From: a virus
Lineage: Duplodnaviria > Caudoviricetes
Virus record (IMG/VR): IMGVR_UViG_3300050034_000334
Strand: one strand, 5' to 3'
DNA: 64,000 nt
The translations under genes were made by a program, and so were the position numbers. The notes beneath the pieces are model-generated. The model did not search any database, was not told the DNA's origin, and was given only the letters and a program-made list of their open reading frames with translations. Positions 38,939 to 46,998 of the stretch are shown piece after piece (positions within the stretch are counted from its first letter, which is position 1; every line of letters starts with the position of its first letter).

Positions 38939-39013
38939 TGGCTCCTGAGGAGGGATTCGAACCCACAACCATTCGGTTAACAGCCGAACGCTCTGCCGTT
39001 GAGCTACCCAGGA
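38939..39013 (-). tRNA. tRNA-Asn (GTT)
   Basis: Cloverleaf, loop CTGTTAA, CCA. Confidence 0.95.
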
Positions 39014-39020
39014 ACACTTG

Positions 39021-39215
39021 TTATACTGCAACTTCCTCAATCTCGATCTGAACCTTCTTGCTGCTCATCACTTCGTCAGCAACACCGAAGGCAACCTCAT
39101 AATCCTCAAATCTGGTTGCCTCGTAGCGATATCCAAACCTCAAAGTGCGGGTGATCGCAGCATCGTCTGAGATGACATAGTTCGATGTATTCGGTACTCT
39201 CAAGATGTGCTGCAT
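39021..39215 (-). CDS. Small hypothetical protein
   Basis: ORF; motif variant (N15) upstream. Confidence 0.5.
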   Translation of the reverse strand: MQHILRVPNTSNYVISDDAAITRTLRFGYRYEATRFEDYEVAFGVADEVMSSKKVQIEIEEVAV

Positions 39216-39261
39216 GACCTTACCCTCTACTCCGATTTATGAGATCGGGTACTGCTGAATT

Positions 39262-39337
39262 TGGGGAGTCTAGAGGGATTCGAACCCTCGACTACTGGTG
39301 CCACAGACCAGCGTTCTACCGCTGAACTACAGACTCC
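39262..39337 (-). tRNA. tRNA-His (GTG)
   Basis: G-1/C73, loop CTGTGGC, CCA. Confidence 0.95.
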
Positions 39338-39348
39338 ATGAAATTGTT

Positions 39349-39422
39349 TGGCTGCCTCTGTAGGATTCGAACCTACATATCCTGGTCCAGAGCCAAGTGT
39401 CCTGCCATTGAACGAAAAGGCA
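39349..39422 (-). tRNA. tRNA-Gln (CTG)
   Basis: U1-A72, loop CTCTGGA, CCA. Confidence 0.95.
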
Positions 39423-39443
39423 ACATGTGAAACCGAACTTGTT

Positions 39444-39522
39444 GGGCAGGAACGGTGGGAATCCATTGACCTCCTGGTTGGAGCCAGAAGGCGTGGAAAC
39501 CCATTCTTCCGCTGAACTGCCC
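39444..39522 (-). ncRNA. Long irregular hairpin with anticodon-like apical loop CUCCAA
   Basis: GGGCAG/CTGCCC closing stem plus stacked helices. Confidence 0.45.
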
Positions 39523-39524
39523 GA

Positions 39525-39692
39525 CCGGGCAATGACTTCTAAGCTACATTCGCCGAAGCGAATGCTGGTCAACCTTCTCACCAGATCCCCGCCGTTGAAG
39601 GCGGTGCTTTGTTCGGACTCGCCACGGAGGTTCCAGCCTCATGGGTCTGTCCTGGTCTAGTCGCACTGGCCCCTGGAAGGTCCATTGCCCGG
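39525..39692 (-). ncRNA. ~170 nt multi-hairpin RNA
   Basis: 10 bp closing stem CCGGGCAATG/CATTGCCCGG; UUCG tetraloop hairpin. Confidence 0.55.
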
Positions 39693-39737
39693 AAACTTTA
39701 TTGCACGAACGAAAAGTAGACTAAGAGGCGGTGCAAA

Positions 39738-39884
39738 CTACTTGATGAACAATCCGTCAATCACGCTCTTGGCTTTGTCTTCCGTTCTGACATAGTTCCG
39801 GACCACGTAGGTCTCGGCTATGATGCGAAAGCCGCCATCTCGTAAAGGATGAATCGTATACCCGCGATATATTGTGTCTTCCAT
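39738..39884 (-). CDS. 48 aa protein, probably leaderless
   Basis: MEDTIYRGYTIHPL; ATG 6 nt after GTAGAG. Confidence 0.55.
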   Translation of the reverse strand: MEDTIYRGYTIHPLRDGGFRIIAETYVVRNYVRTEDKAKSVIDGLFIK

Positions 39885-39890
39885 ACGAAT

Positions 39891-39920
39891 CTCTACTGGA
39901 AAACCCAGCATATCGGTTAA
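39891..39920 (-). promoter_or_regulatory. Bipartite promoter-like motif TTAACCG-N17-GTAGAG
   Basis: Motif match. Confidence 0.65.
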
Positions 39921-39925
39921 TCTTT

Positions 39926-40000
39926 TGGCGGGAAATAGAGGAATCGAACCCCTGAGTTCTGATTTGGAGGCAGACAGTTTACCAACTAGCTTAATTTCCC
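39926..40000 (-). tRNA. tRNA-Trp (CCA)
   Basis: Cloverleaf, loop CTCCAAA, CCA; one anticodon-stem mismatch. Confidence 0.9.
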
Positions 40001-40001
40001 G

Positions 40002-40571
40002 TTGAATCCAGACTTTCGGAACCATTACTGGAGGTTCCAATTGAAATCTTGCGAAAATTGCACTACTCTTCACGATGGTACTTATGGTTCTGGTCGTTTC
40101 TGTTCAATTGGCTGTGCTAGAGGCTTTGCCACCAAAGCATCTAGGTTAAAAATCAACCAAGAAGTGAGTGCTAAACTGAAGGGTAAACCTGTTCGTAATC
40201 GTAGTCCTCATAGTAAAGAAGTGAAGGAAAAGATACGCAGAAGCATCAATCAAGGATTTCAAATCAAATTCCAAAAGTGGATAGATGACTGGCTTTCCGG
40301 AAAGATACATCCCACAAGAGCCAACTATAGAGTAGTGCACAAAGCATTAGCCATTTTAAGAGGAGATAAGTGTGAACAATGCGGTTGGAAAGAGGTTCAT
40401 CCGAAAACTGGACTTATCCCAGTGCAACTTCATCATATTGACGGTGATGGAGATAACAATTCACCAGATAATGTGAAACTGTTGTGTCCAAGCTGTCATT
40501 CACTCACTCTCAATTTCATGGCTTTGAACTACTACAACAAATTGTCAAAGATCACGCCGTTGTTCGCCTGA
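40002..40571 (+). CDS. HNH homing endonuclease, antisense to the tRNA operon
   Basis: CENC..HDG...CS..C; CEQCG..QLHHIDGDGDNN..NVKLLCPSCH. Confidence 0.88.
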   Translation: MNPDFRNHYWRFQLKSCENCTTLHDGTYGSGRFCSIGCARGFATKASRLKINQEVSAKLKGKPVRNRSPHSKEVKEKIRRSINQGFQIKFQKWIDDWLSGKIHPTRANYRVVHKALAILRGDKCEQCGWKEVHPKTGLIPVQLHHIDGDGDNNSPDNVKLLCPSCHSLTLNFMALNYYNKLSKITPLFA

Positions 40572-40588
40572 GCGAATCAATTCAAACT

Positions 40589-40665
40589 TGGTCGGGCCAC
40601 TAGGGTTCGAACCTAGGACCTTGGGATTATGAGTCCCTTGCTCTAACCAACTGAGCTATGGCCCG
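40589..40665 (-). tRNA. tRNA-Ile2/Met (CAT)
   Basis: Cloverleaf, loop CTCATAA, CCA. Confidence 0.93.
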
Positions 40666-40693
40666 AACTCGAACTCGGCTCGTGCAAAAACTT

Positions 40694-40770
40694 TGGTGAT
40701 CCCGGAGGGAGTTGAACCCCCAACCTTATGGTTCGTAGCCATACGCGCTATCCAGTTGCGCCACGGGACC
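40694..40770 (-). tRNA. tRNA-Arg (ACG)
   Basis: Cloverleaf, loop CTACGAA, CCA. Confidence 0.95.
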
Positions 40771-40789
40771 ACTCTCAAAATCCATCCCT

Positions 40790-40825
40790 AAAAACCAAAT
40801 CCCGCCAGCTTGTGGGCTTGGCGGG
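40790..40825 (-). terminator. Intrinsic terminator of the attenuator for tRNA array A
   Basis: CCCGCCAAGC-ccacaa-GCTGGCGGG followed by ATTTGGTTTTT. Confidence 0.75.
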
Positions 40826-40852
40826 TGGAAACTCTGAAAATACCAGGTAGGA

Positions 40853-40948
40853 TTACGCACTACCTCCAGAATCCAGACCGCCGATGGCATGCTGATTTCG
40901 CTGCCACTGCTTATGCTGTCTCATCGAATTGGTCTGTATCTGTTTCAC
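40853..40948 (-). CDS. 31 aa leader peptide of tRNA array A (MKQIQTNSMRQHKQWQRNQHAIGGLDSGGSA)
   Basis: AAGGGAG SD, GTG start; 17 of codons 2-20 cognate to downstream tRNAs. Confidence 0.75.
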   Translation of the reverse strand: MKQIQTNSMRQHKQWQRNQHAIGGLDSGGSA

Positions 40949-41010
40949 AGTACTCCCTTGACAAATTTCATAATACTACGGTTTCCTCTGATCGGGGAAA
41001 CTATTTTTGC

Positions 41011-41134
41011 CAGTGATTACGGAATCCTTTGTAACAAAACACTCAACCATGAAGGATTCGAACCTTCGCTATGAATGCACCCAATCATGACACTGTTCAG
41101 CACCAGGGGTCTACAAAGGATTCCGTAATCACTG
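41011..41134 (-). ncRNA. Small RNA closed by a perfect 23 bp inverted repeat, contains a T-arm
   Basis: IR 41011-41033/41112-41134; GAAGG-TTCGAAT-CCTTC inside; starts just after promoter motif. Confidence 0.6.
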
Positions 41135-41143
41135 TACATTACA

Positions 41144-41173
41144 CTCTACCGAACAACTTCTCAAAACGGTTAA
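41144..41173 (-). promoter_or_regulatory. Bipartite promoter-like motif TTAACCG-N17-GTAGAG (array A operon)
   Basis: Motif match. Confidence 0.7.
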
Positions 41174-41384
41174 TGATGCCTTTAGACAGATTCAGGGAGG
41201 TACTCGCGTCTTTTATCTCCCAGCCCGGTGGCCACCAGACAATTAGAAGATTGGCCTGACGCTTTCGCTCCCTGTCACTGCTCGAGTCTATCCTGTGTAC
41301 TTTAGGAAGCAAGGCTCTGTTGGCTCCACCGCGCAATGGGTGATGAAGACCTGCCCCTCACTCACTTGTCAACTCAATGGATTC

Positions 41385-41414
41385 CTCTACGGTGGTCTGT
41401 GGAGGAACGGTTAG
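41385..41414 (-). promoter_or_regulatory. Bipartite promoter-like motif CTAACCG-N17-GTAGAG
   Basis: Motif match. Confidence 0.65.
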
Positions 41415-41426
41415 GCGGTCACTGGC

Positions 41427-42500
41427 TCATCGGTCAGTTGGGCATCGGCCATCGTTCAGACGAAGAGTGAACTGAGCGATATGAACTGGCTCATTCTCTT
41501 TGATGGCCTTCTGCCAGTAGAACTGATACTGACTGGCGTAACCTGCCAGCTGGGCATCCTCCAGTGTGAACTTCACAAAGGGGATGAGATTTTTGCCTCC
41601 CTCGATGCCGAACAAACGGGGACCAAGAGCCTTCCTGATTCTGGCATAGGTGTAGCTGATGTAGATGCCAGGACTGGTGACGTTGCACCAGTTCTCAATG
41701 TCGAGGATGGTGTTCTTCCCGACTGCAGCTGAGTTGAACTGCCAGGCCAGGACGTTCCATGCCAACTGAGGAGAGACTACAGCGTTCTCGCTGGGCTTGA
41801 TCACCTTGCTAACTTCTTCGAACAGTTCCTCAGCCGCCACAAGGTTCGCTTCTGCTCCCTCCTTCTCCCGGGAGCGCATCTTCTTGTAGTCCTTGCCCAG
41901 AACCAGACCCATCGGCTTGTGCTGATCTCCCAATCCCAGGCTCTTGAAATGTTCGTGTTGCTCATACCCTGTCAGATATAAGTCCGGAGCACAGAATTCT
42001 ACGAAGCTCAGATCGTGTGCTGCATAGGTTGGACGACCGTCAGAGCGGTATATCACGACACCGTTGAACATCTTACAGCCTTCGTACTCTCCGGTGCCGG
42101 GAGTCAGTGTGTATCCTGTGGGCGGCTTCATGTCCCTATCAAATAAGATGAATGGCTGATATCCGGAGATGTGACACCAGTTGTTGAATGCCGTGTACGC
42201 TCCCTCTTTCTCGCCAATGGTGACTCCCAGCATTGCGACTGGCTTGGCTTTGGTGATATTTGCCAGCGCGGCGGCGATTGCCAGGTTCTTGATGTGCCCG
42301 ACATGAAGGTCTTTGTTGAGGTTAGGTGAGAATCCATCCAGAGTTATCTCGGATGGTTTGGCTTTCTCAGGCCATTCCCAGACGGTTGGCGTTACATGGT
42401 AGTTGTGGTAAATACCCACAGATTCATAACGAAATCCCTTGAGATCGAGTGGAGTGAGTGAAGTGACACCAACTCCCACTTGTTCAGGTATAGGATGCAT
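41427..42500 (-). CDS. Minimal arginyl-tRNA synthetase-like class I aaRS
   Basis: FSPNLNKDLHVGH (HIGH), YRSDG.PTYAAHDL, GYEQHEHF, KMRSR (KMSKS), YISYTYARI. Confidence 0.8.
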   Translation of the reverse strand: MHPIPEQVGVGVTSLTPLDLKGFRYESVGIYHNYHVTPTVWEWPEKAKPSEITLDGFSPNLNKDLHVGHIKNLAIAAALANITKAKPVAMLGVTIGEKEGAYTAFNNWCHISGYQPFILFDRDMKPPTGYTLTPGTGEYEGCKMFNGVVIYRSDGRPTYAAHDLSFVEFCAPDLYLTGYEQHEHFKSLGLGDQHKPMGLVLGKDYKKMRSREKEGAEANLVAAEELFEEVSKVIKPSENAVVSPQLAWNVLAWQFNSAAVGKNTILDIENWCNVTSPGIYISYTYARIRKALGPRLFGIEGGKNLIPFVKFTLEDAQLAGYASQYQFYWQKAIKENEPVHIAQFTLRLNDGRCPTDR

Positions 42501-42553
42501 GAGATCTTCCTCTCCAACCACATTCTACCAGAAGATGCCGGAATAAGGCTAGT

Positions 42554-42583
42554 TTACCCGATCTCTGGTACCGCAACGTAGAG
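42554..42583 (+). promoter_or_regulatory. Bipartite promoter-like motif TTACCCG-N17-GTAGAG; ATG 6 nt downstream
   Basis: Motif match. Confidence 0.7.
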
Positions 42584-42589
42584 TGAAGT

Positions 42590-43297
42590 ATGAAAAAGAC
42601 AATCCGTCTCACCGTGGGCAATGTCGAAACCTCTGGCGCGGAAGCTATTGTCAACGCAGCGAACAGGCATCTCAAGACTGGTCGCGGTGTATGCGGTGCG
42701 ATCTATGCCGCCGCTGGCGTGACAGAGCTTGAAACCTATGTAGCAGATCACTTTGAAGGCTGCCGCACCGGCAGAGCCGTGGTGACTCCAGCGTTTGGCA
42801 TCAGCGGATCCAAGTATGTCCTCCACGCTGTTGGTCCGATCTACTCCGAATACACTCCCCTAGAGGCGGCTCGCCTCCTCCGCAAAGCCTATCACTCGAT
42901 CTTTGAACTCTGCTACTCGCTGGGAGTCAAGAATGTCGGCGTCGTGGCGATCTCGTCTGGTATCTACGGGTATCCGGTTGAAGACGTTGCGAACATCGCG
43001 GCTGACGAGGCCATGCGCACCCCTTACAAGGGCGACATCACCTTCTACGTCTGGCAGGACAATCTGGCCGTCTTCGAGAAAGCCTTCGCTTCGATCCTCA
43101 CTCCAGCAGTTCCTGTGATCGTCGATAAGTGCGCTGTATGCGATTTGCCGGCTGACCACATCGACCATATCGGCCTTCTTGGAATGGGAATTGACCATCC
43201 TTTCAAAAGTTCACTGCAGCCAGTTACACCAGTATCTGATCCTGTGGACGCGAGCACGCGCAAGGTCTTCACGATGGATGACCCAGCAGTAGTCTGA
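42590..43297 (+). CDS. Macrodomain ADP-ribose hydrolase
   Basis: AIVNAAN..L..G.GVCGAIYAAAG, VLHAVGPIY, AISSGIYGYP. Confidence 0.93.
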   Translation: MKKTIRLTVGNVETSGAEAIVNAANRHLKTGRGVCGAIYAAAGVTELETYVADHFEGCRTGRAVVTPAFGISGSKYVLHAVGPIYSEYTPLEAARLLRKAYHSIFELCYSLGVKNVGVVAISSGIYGYPVEDVANIAADEAMRTPYKGDITFYVWQDNLAVFEKAFASILTPAVPVIVDKCAVCDLPADHIDHIGLLGMGIDHPFKSSLQPVTPVSDPVDASTRKVFTMDDPAVV

Positions 43298-43301
43298 CAC
43301 T

Positions 43302-43556
43302 ATGGCGCCAACGAAGTGGAAGAAAATTCGCTGGTTCTTCAAGATCGGCACTGACTACTTTGCCCGGTCTGAGATCAAGTCTGTTCGGCAGTTGAAGACT
43401 CCGTCTCCTGATCGAGACGGAGGACCTGATCGTACCTGGATTGTGACGGTCACCCCTGAGTCAGTCGGTGGTGACCCTCGCTACAGCAAGATCTGGGTCA
43501 CTGAAGAACAGGTTGCGCCTATCCTGGTTGCTCTCGAGGAAGAGGTCAACGGATGA
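43302..43556 (+). CDS. Hypothetical protein
   Basis: ORF. Confidence 0.55.
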   Translation: MAPTKWKKIRWFFKIGTDYFARSEIKSVRQLKTPSPDRDGGPDRTWIVTVTPESVGGDPRYSKIWVTEEQVAPILVALEEEVNG

Positions 43557-43572
43557 TTGAATTAAAAGAACA

Positions 43573-43872
43573 TCAGATTAAGGTTTCTGGTCTGAGGAAG
43601 CTCAGTGCCAAGGTCCTTAGAACCAAACTACGACTTGCTCCTGGGTCTACCGCAAACATGCGAACGTCATGCAGTCTCGTAGCGAGATTCTGGAGTTTCT
43701 TGAGATCTTCTTGTATCTGCAGGTATGTATTGTAATTCACCATGACCGCCAGCTTCTCGCCCTTTGTACTTATGACGAGAACCTCTTCGGCCTCAATGGA
43801 CAAGGCGATTCGTACTGCAAAGCCGGTAACTGAGGCGGCCAAGGTCAAGGTCGACAACGACAACGCACTCAT
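43573..43872 (-). CDS. Possible Phd/YefM-like antitoxin
   Basis: EVLVISTKGEKLAVMVNYNTYLQIQEDL. Confidence 0.45.
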   Translation of the reverse strand: MSALSLSTLTLAASVTGFAVRIALSIEAEEVLVISTKGEKLAVMVNYNTYLQIQEDLKKLQNLATRLHDVRMFAVDPGASRSLVLRTLALSFLRPETLI

Positions 43873-43901
43873 ATAGGGATTCAAGATGGGGAAGTGGGAC
43901 A

Positions 43902-44126
43902 ATGATGTATCCGTGCTTAGGCTGGGTCGATATCTACGAAAGAATGCCACAGCCAGGGGATCACGTTGAACTTAGAATGTCCGACGAACCTCATGGAAAC
44001 TCGGGAAGCATATGTGGAATCACGAAAGTGAACAAGACTCCGAAGTTAGGAGAACACTGGCCAATCCCGGATCCCAGGTCAAAGGGTAGGATGGTCTGGG
44101 TTAGGTACTGGAGAAGAGTTCAGTGA
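43902..44126 (+). CDS. Hypothetical protein
   Basis: ORF. Confidence 0.45.
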   Translation: MMYPCLGWVDIYERMPQPGDHVELRMSDEPHGNSGSICGITKVNKTPKLGEHWPIPDPRSKGRMVWVRYWRRVQ

Positions 44127-44332
44127 ATTTGTCTCGTTCAGTTCAGCGTCGTGTTGCAGCCCAGAAAGGTGAGCCTGCTCCAACTTTTGAGAACAAGGCC
44201 ATAGAGGAGTCTGCAACTGGGGGAAGAATACATGAAGCAGTTGAGGCTATTCGCCAACTCAGAGAGAAGAGAAAGCTCGCTGCTCCAGTCATCCTACCCG
44301 ATCCTTCAACCGACTCAGTAGAAGATGTGTAA
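44123..44332 (+). CDS. Hypothetical protein
   Basis: GTGA overlap. Confidence 0.45.
   Translation: MNLSRSVQRRVAAQKGEPAPTFENKAIEESATGGRIHEAVEAIRQLREKRKLAAPVILPDPSTDSVEDV
44294..44323 (+). promoter_or_regulatory. Bipartite promoter-like motif CTACCCG-N17-GTAGAA
   Basis: Motif match upstream of 44353. Confidence 0.6.
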
Positions 44333-44352
44333 CTATTCAGGAGAACCCGCAC

Positions 44353-45033
44353 ATGAGTAAACTCACCGAAGCATTGCATCATATTCCTGGTGCAAACCTC
44401 GTCGTGGACTTTGACGATGATAAACCAGAACCCAGTCATCACCCCGATCGCGCTGCTGCTCCACCAGCTGCCTCTCAGGGATATCAGCCTCAGCAGCCTC
44501 AACCGGCCTCCTATCAACCCAATGCCTACACTCCAGCTGTTGGTGTAGTGGGAGTTTCCACTGTCGATCCTAACAACGATGCCTACCAGCGTCTGCTTGC
44601 CAAGACTGACTTCAAGACCTCCAAGGCTTCGGTGGTCATCGAGGGATGTCTCGCTCTTCTTGCCAATGTACCAATGGATGATCGTCTCAAGTTCAAGGCG
44701 GCGGTCGCTCAGGCCGGAGCACAGGGCATCACAGCGGACGTTATTCTGTCCACCTTTGACCAACTCAAGCAGGCACTGCAGGATGAAGGCGAGAAGTTCG
44801 CCAAGTTCATTCAGAGTCAGCTGGACAAAGAGGTCACAGGCCGGCAGAACCAGATCCAGCAGCTTACTGCTCAGGCTCAGCAGATTCAGGCTCAAATCAA
44901 TCAACTGAACGAAGATTCGTTCGCTGCTCAACAGAAGATTCAAGGCGCACAGCACACGTTCGACACCGCGTTCACTGCTCGTTCGGCTGAATTGGACAAC
45001 GAAAAAGCAACCAAGGCAAATCTACTCAATTAA
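44353..45033 (+). CDS. Coiled-coil protein, first gene of ABC-linked cluster
   Basis: AGGAG RBS; Q-rich coiled coil. Confidence 0.7.
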   Translation: MSKLTEALHHIPGANLVVDFDDDKPEPSHHPDRAAAPPAASQGYQPQQPQPASYQPNAYTPAVGVVGVSTVDPNNDAYQRLLAKTDFKTSKASVVIEGCLALLANVPMDDRLKFKAAVAQAGAQGITADVILSTFDQLKQALQDEGEKFAKFIQSQLDKEVTGRQNQIQQLTAQAQQIQAQINQLNEDSFAAQQKIQGAQHTFDTAFTARSAELDNEKATKANLLN

Positions 45034-45067
45034 CAAGTTCGCTGGGAAGGCGAAACGGAGAAACACC

Positions 45068-46120
45068 ATGGCTATGGAACTGCCCACCGTTGATACTGCA
45101 AAATCCTTCTGGTCTCGACCGGAAGGAAAAGTCGGTGCCCTTATCCTTTTGTTGATCGCGGGTCTGGGCATCTATGAATACTCACTAATCCTGCCCTGGT
45201 TTGTCACGATGCTCGAGGATACCGTTCACATGGTGTTTCTCGGATGCGTTTTGGTAGCCATGGGTTGGCTGCTGTTCAGCAAGACTTCGCACATGATGTT
45301 CCGGGTTCTCATGCGCGTCTTCACTGGCTTGTTTGTCAGCGTCTATCCGATTGAGATCATCGAAGACAAACTCACGGAGATGAAGAAACGGCGCGACAAG
45401 ATGAACGCACAGATCTCGGAGGTCTCCGGTCAGATTGTCACTCTACAACGGGTCATGACCAAGAATCATCAGGATGCTGTGCAGGGTTTCAACATGGCAC
45501 ATGCTGCCCAAGATCAGGCCGCTCGAGCCAGTGACGATGCTGAGAGACTCCGCAAGCAGCTACAGATACAAGCCAATGCGCGCAAGGCCCAGAGACGTGA
45601 GAACGCCAATGTCGGCTATGCCACACTGCTCCAGAAACTGCAGGGCATCTACAGCTTCCTGTCCAAGTACGCTGCCCACATCGACTTCTTCATCGATGAC
45701 ACCACAGACGAAGTTGAGCAGAAGAAGATCGAGTACAAGACGACCAACACTGCCTTTGGCGCCATGACCATGGCTATGAAGGTGATGAAGGGCAACGCGA
45801 CTGAAGAAGACATCTACGGCCAAGCGATGGATTACATCGAGTCCGATGTCAGCCGCAAACTGGGAATCATGGATGATCTACAACGGGTCAGCCAGAACTT
45901 CATGGATGGTCTTGACGTTCAGGAAGGTGCTGTTGACACCCAGGCTCTCCAGGCTCTCAACGATTATGAGCACAAGCTGCTCACTTCCGGCGACACTGAA
46001 CTCGCAGTGATGCTACCGGGATCAACCCCGCAGAAAGTACCAGTGGCTCGTGGGTCAGTGACAACGATGCCTTCGTTCAGCAACTCAGGCGGCGACGACT
46101 ATTCCAGTCTCCTCAAGTAA
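45068..46120 (+). CDS. Two-TM membrane protein with long coiled coil (PspA-like)
   Basis: Two hydrophobic helices then coiled coil. Confidence 0.7.
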   Translation: MAMELPTVDTAKSFWSRPEGKVGALILLLIAGLGIYEYSLILPWFVTMLEDTVHMVFLGCVLVAMGWLLFSKTSHMMFRVLMRVFTGLFVSVYPIEIIEDKLTEMKKRRDKMNAQISEVSGQIVTLQRVMTKNHQDAVQGFNMAHAAQDQAARASDDAERLRKQLQIQANARKAQRRENANVGYATLLQKLQGIYSFLSKYAAHIDFFIDDTTDEVEQKKIEYKTTNTAFGAMTMAMKVMKGNATEEDIYGQAMDYIESDVSRKLGIMDDLQRVSQNFMDGLDVQEGAVDTQALQALNDYEHKLLTSGDTELAVMLPGSTPQKVPVARGSVTTMPSFSNSGGDDYSSLLK

Positions 46121-46164
46121 CCACCGCTCAGGCGGAATTCAGCAACAGAAAGAAGAGAGAACAC

Positions 46165-46467
46165 ATGAAAATCAAGAAGGGTCCCGGAATCATATTGGGC
46201 ATCCTGGTGGTGGGTCTTGGACTGTACTTCGGTCGTCCGTTCTTACTGGCCCACCTTCCCTCCAACTTCCTCAAGAGCATCGGTGTCAGCAAAGTTGTCA
46301 TGCCTGACATCAAGGATGCAACAATCAAGAACGTCACTCCGGTTGCGTTCCCCAGCACTTCTGCAGCCGAAACCTCTGCGACTTTATTTCGCGGCGGCAT
46401 CTGGGAGTGGAATGCTCAGAGGTTGTTCATACTTAGGGTCTTGAAGTCAAAAGACCTTATAGATTGA
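46165..46467 (+). pseudogene. Truncated ABC substrate-binding protein (N-terminal ~85 aa only)
   Basis: TM anchor, IWEWNAQ, then abrupt shift to AT-rich intergenic-like sequence at ~46420. Confidence 0.55.
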
Positions 46468-46499
46468 ACAAAAGAGTATCATTGAGAAAGGTGAAAATC

Positions 46500-46757
46500 A
46501 TGACAACTGGAGTATTGGAAATCGAAGGCAATGGCCTACTGATCATGCTCGACAAAACTGGCGATTCGAGGATGCAGTGGGATCGCGATAACCCTGAAGA
46601 AGTCACCAAGGCCGAAGCTCGATTCAAGGAGTTGAAGGGCAAGGGTTATCTGGCTTACAGCGTGGGCAAGAAGGGTGACCGTGAAGGCGAGGTCATCAAC
46701 AAATTTGATCCCAGTCTTGAGCGCATCATCATGCACTCTCCGATGCAAGGAGGCTAG
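46500..46757 (+). CDS. 85 aa protein ending in di-glycine (ubiquitin-like candidate)
   Basis: ...[20 protein letters not shown]. Confidence 0.65.
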   Translation: MTTGVLEIEGNGLLIMLDKTGDSRMQWDRDNPEEVTKAEARFKELKGKGYLAYSVGKKGDREGEVINKFDPSLERIIMHSPMQGG

Positions 46758-46759
46758 TC

Positions 46760-46984
46760 ATGTCGGAAGCACCTAAATACAAAGGTAAGGTCAAGTGGTT
46801 CAATAACGCCAAAGGATATGGATTCATTGGGCGTGAAGATGGGCCAGATGTATTCGTTCACTACTCGGCAATCCAGTTGAACGGATACAAAACTCTCAAA
46901 GAAGGTGATGATGTCGAGTTCGGCATTGTCGAAGGACAGAAAGGTCCCCAGGCGGATTCAGTTATTCGTTTGCAGGATGTGTAA
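46760..46984 (+). CDS. csp: Cold-shock protein (CspA family)
   Basis: [30 protein letters not shown]. Confidence 0.96.
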   Translation: MSEAPKYKGKVKWFNNAKGYGFIGREDGPDVFVHYSAIQLNGYKTLKEGDDVEFGIVEGQKGPQADSVIRLQDV

Positions 46985-46998
46985 GGAGGAGATCGAAC

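Noticed and set aside
39443-39522. Canonical tRNA-Trp
   Set aside because: 6 nt loop, no T-arm, no D-arm; it folds as a rod and is reported as an ncRNA instead.
40958-40963. TTGACA sigma70 promoter
   Set aside because: No -10 box at 16-18 nt spacing, and it is on the strand opposite the operon.
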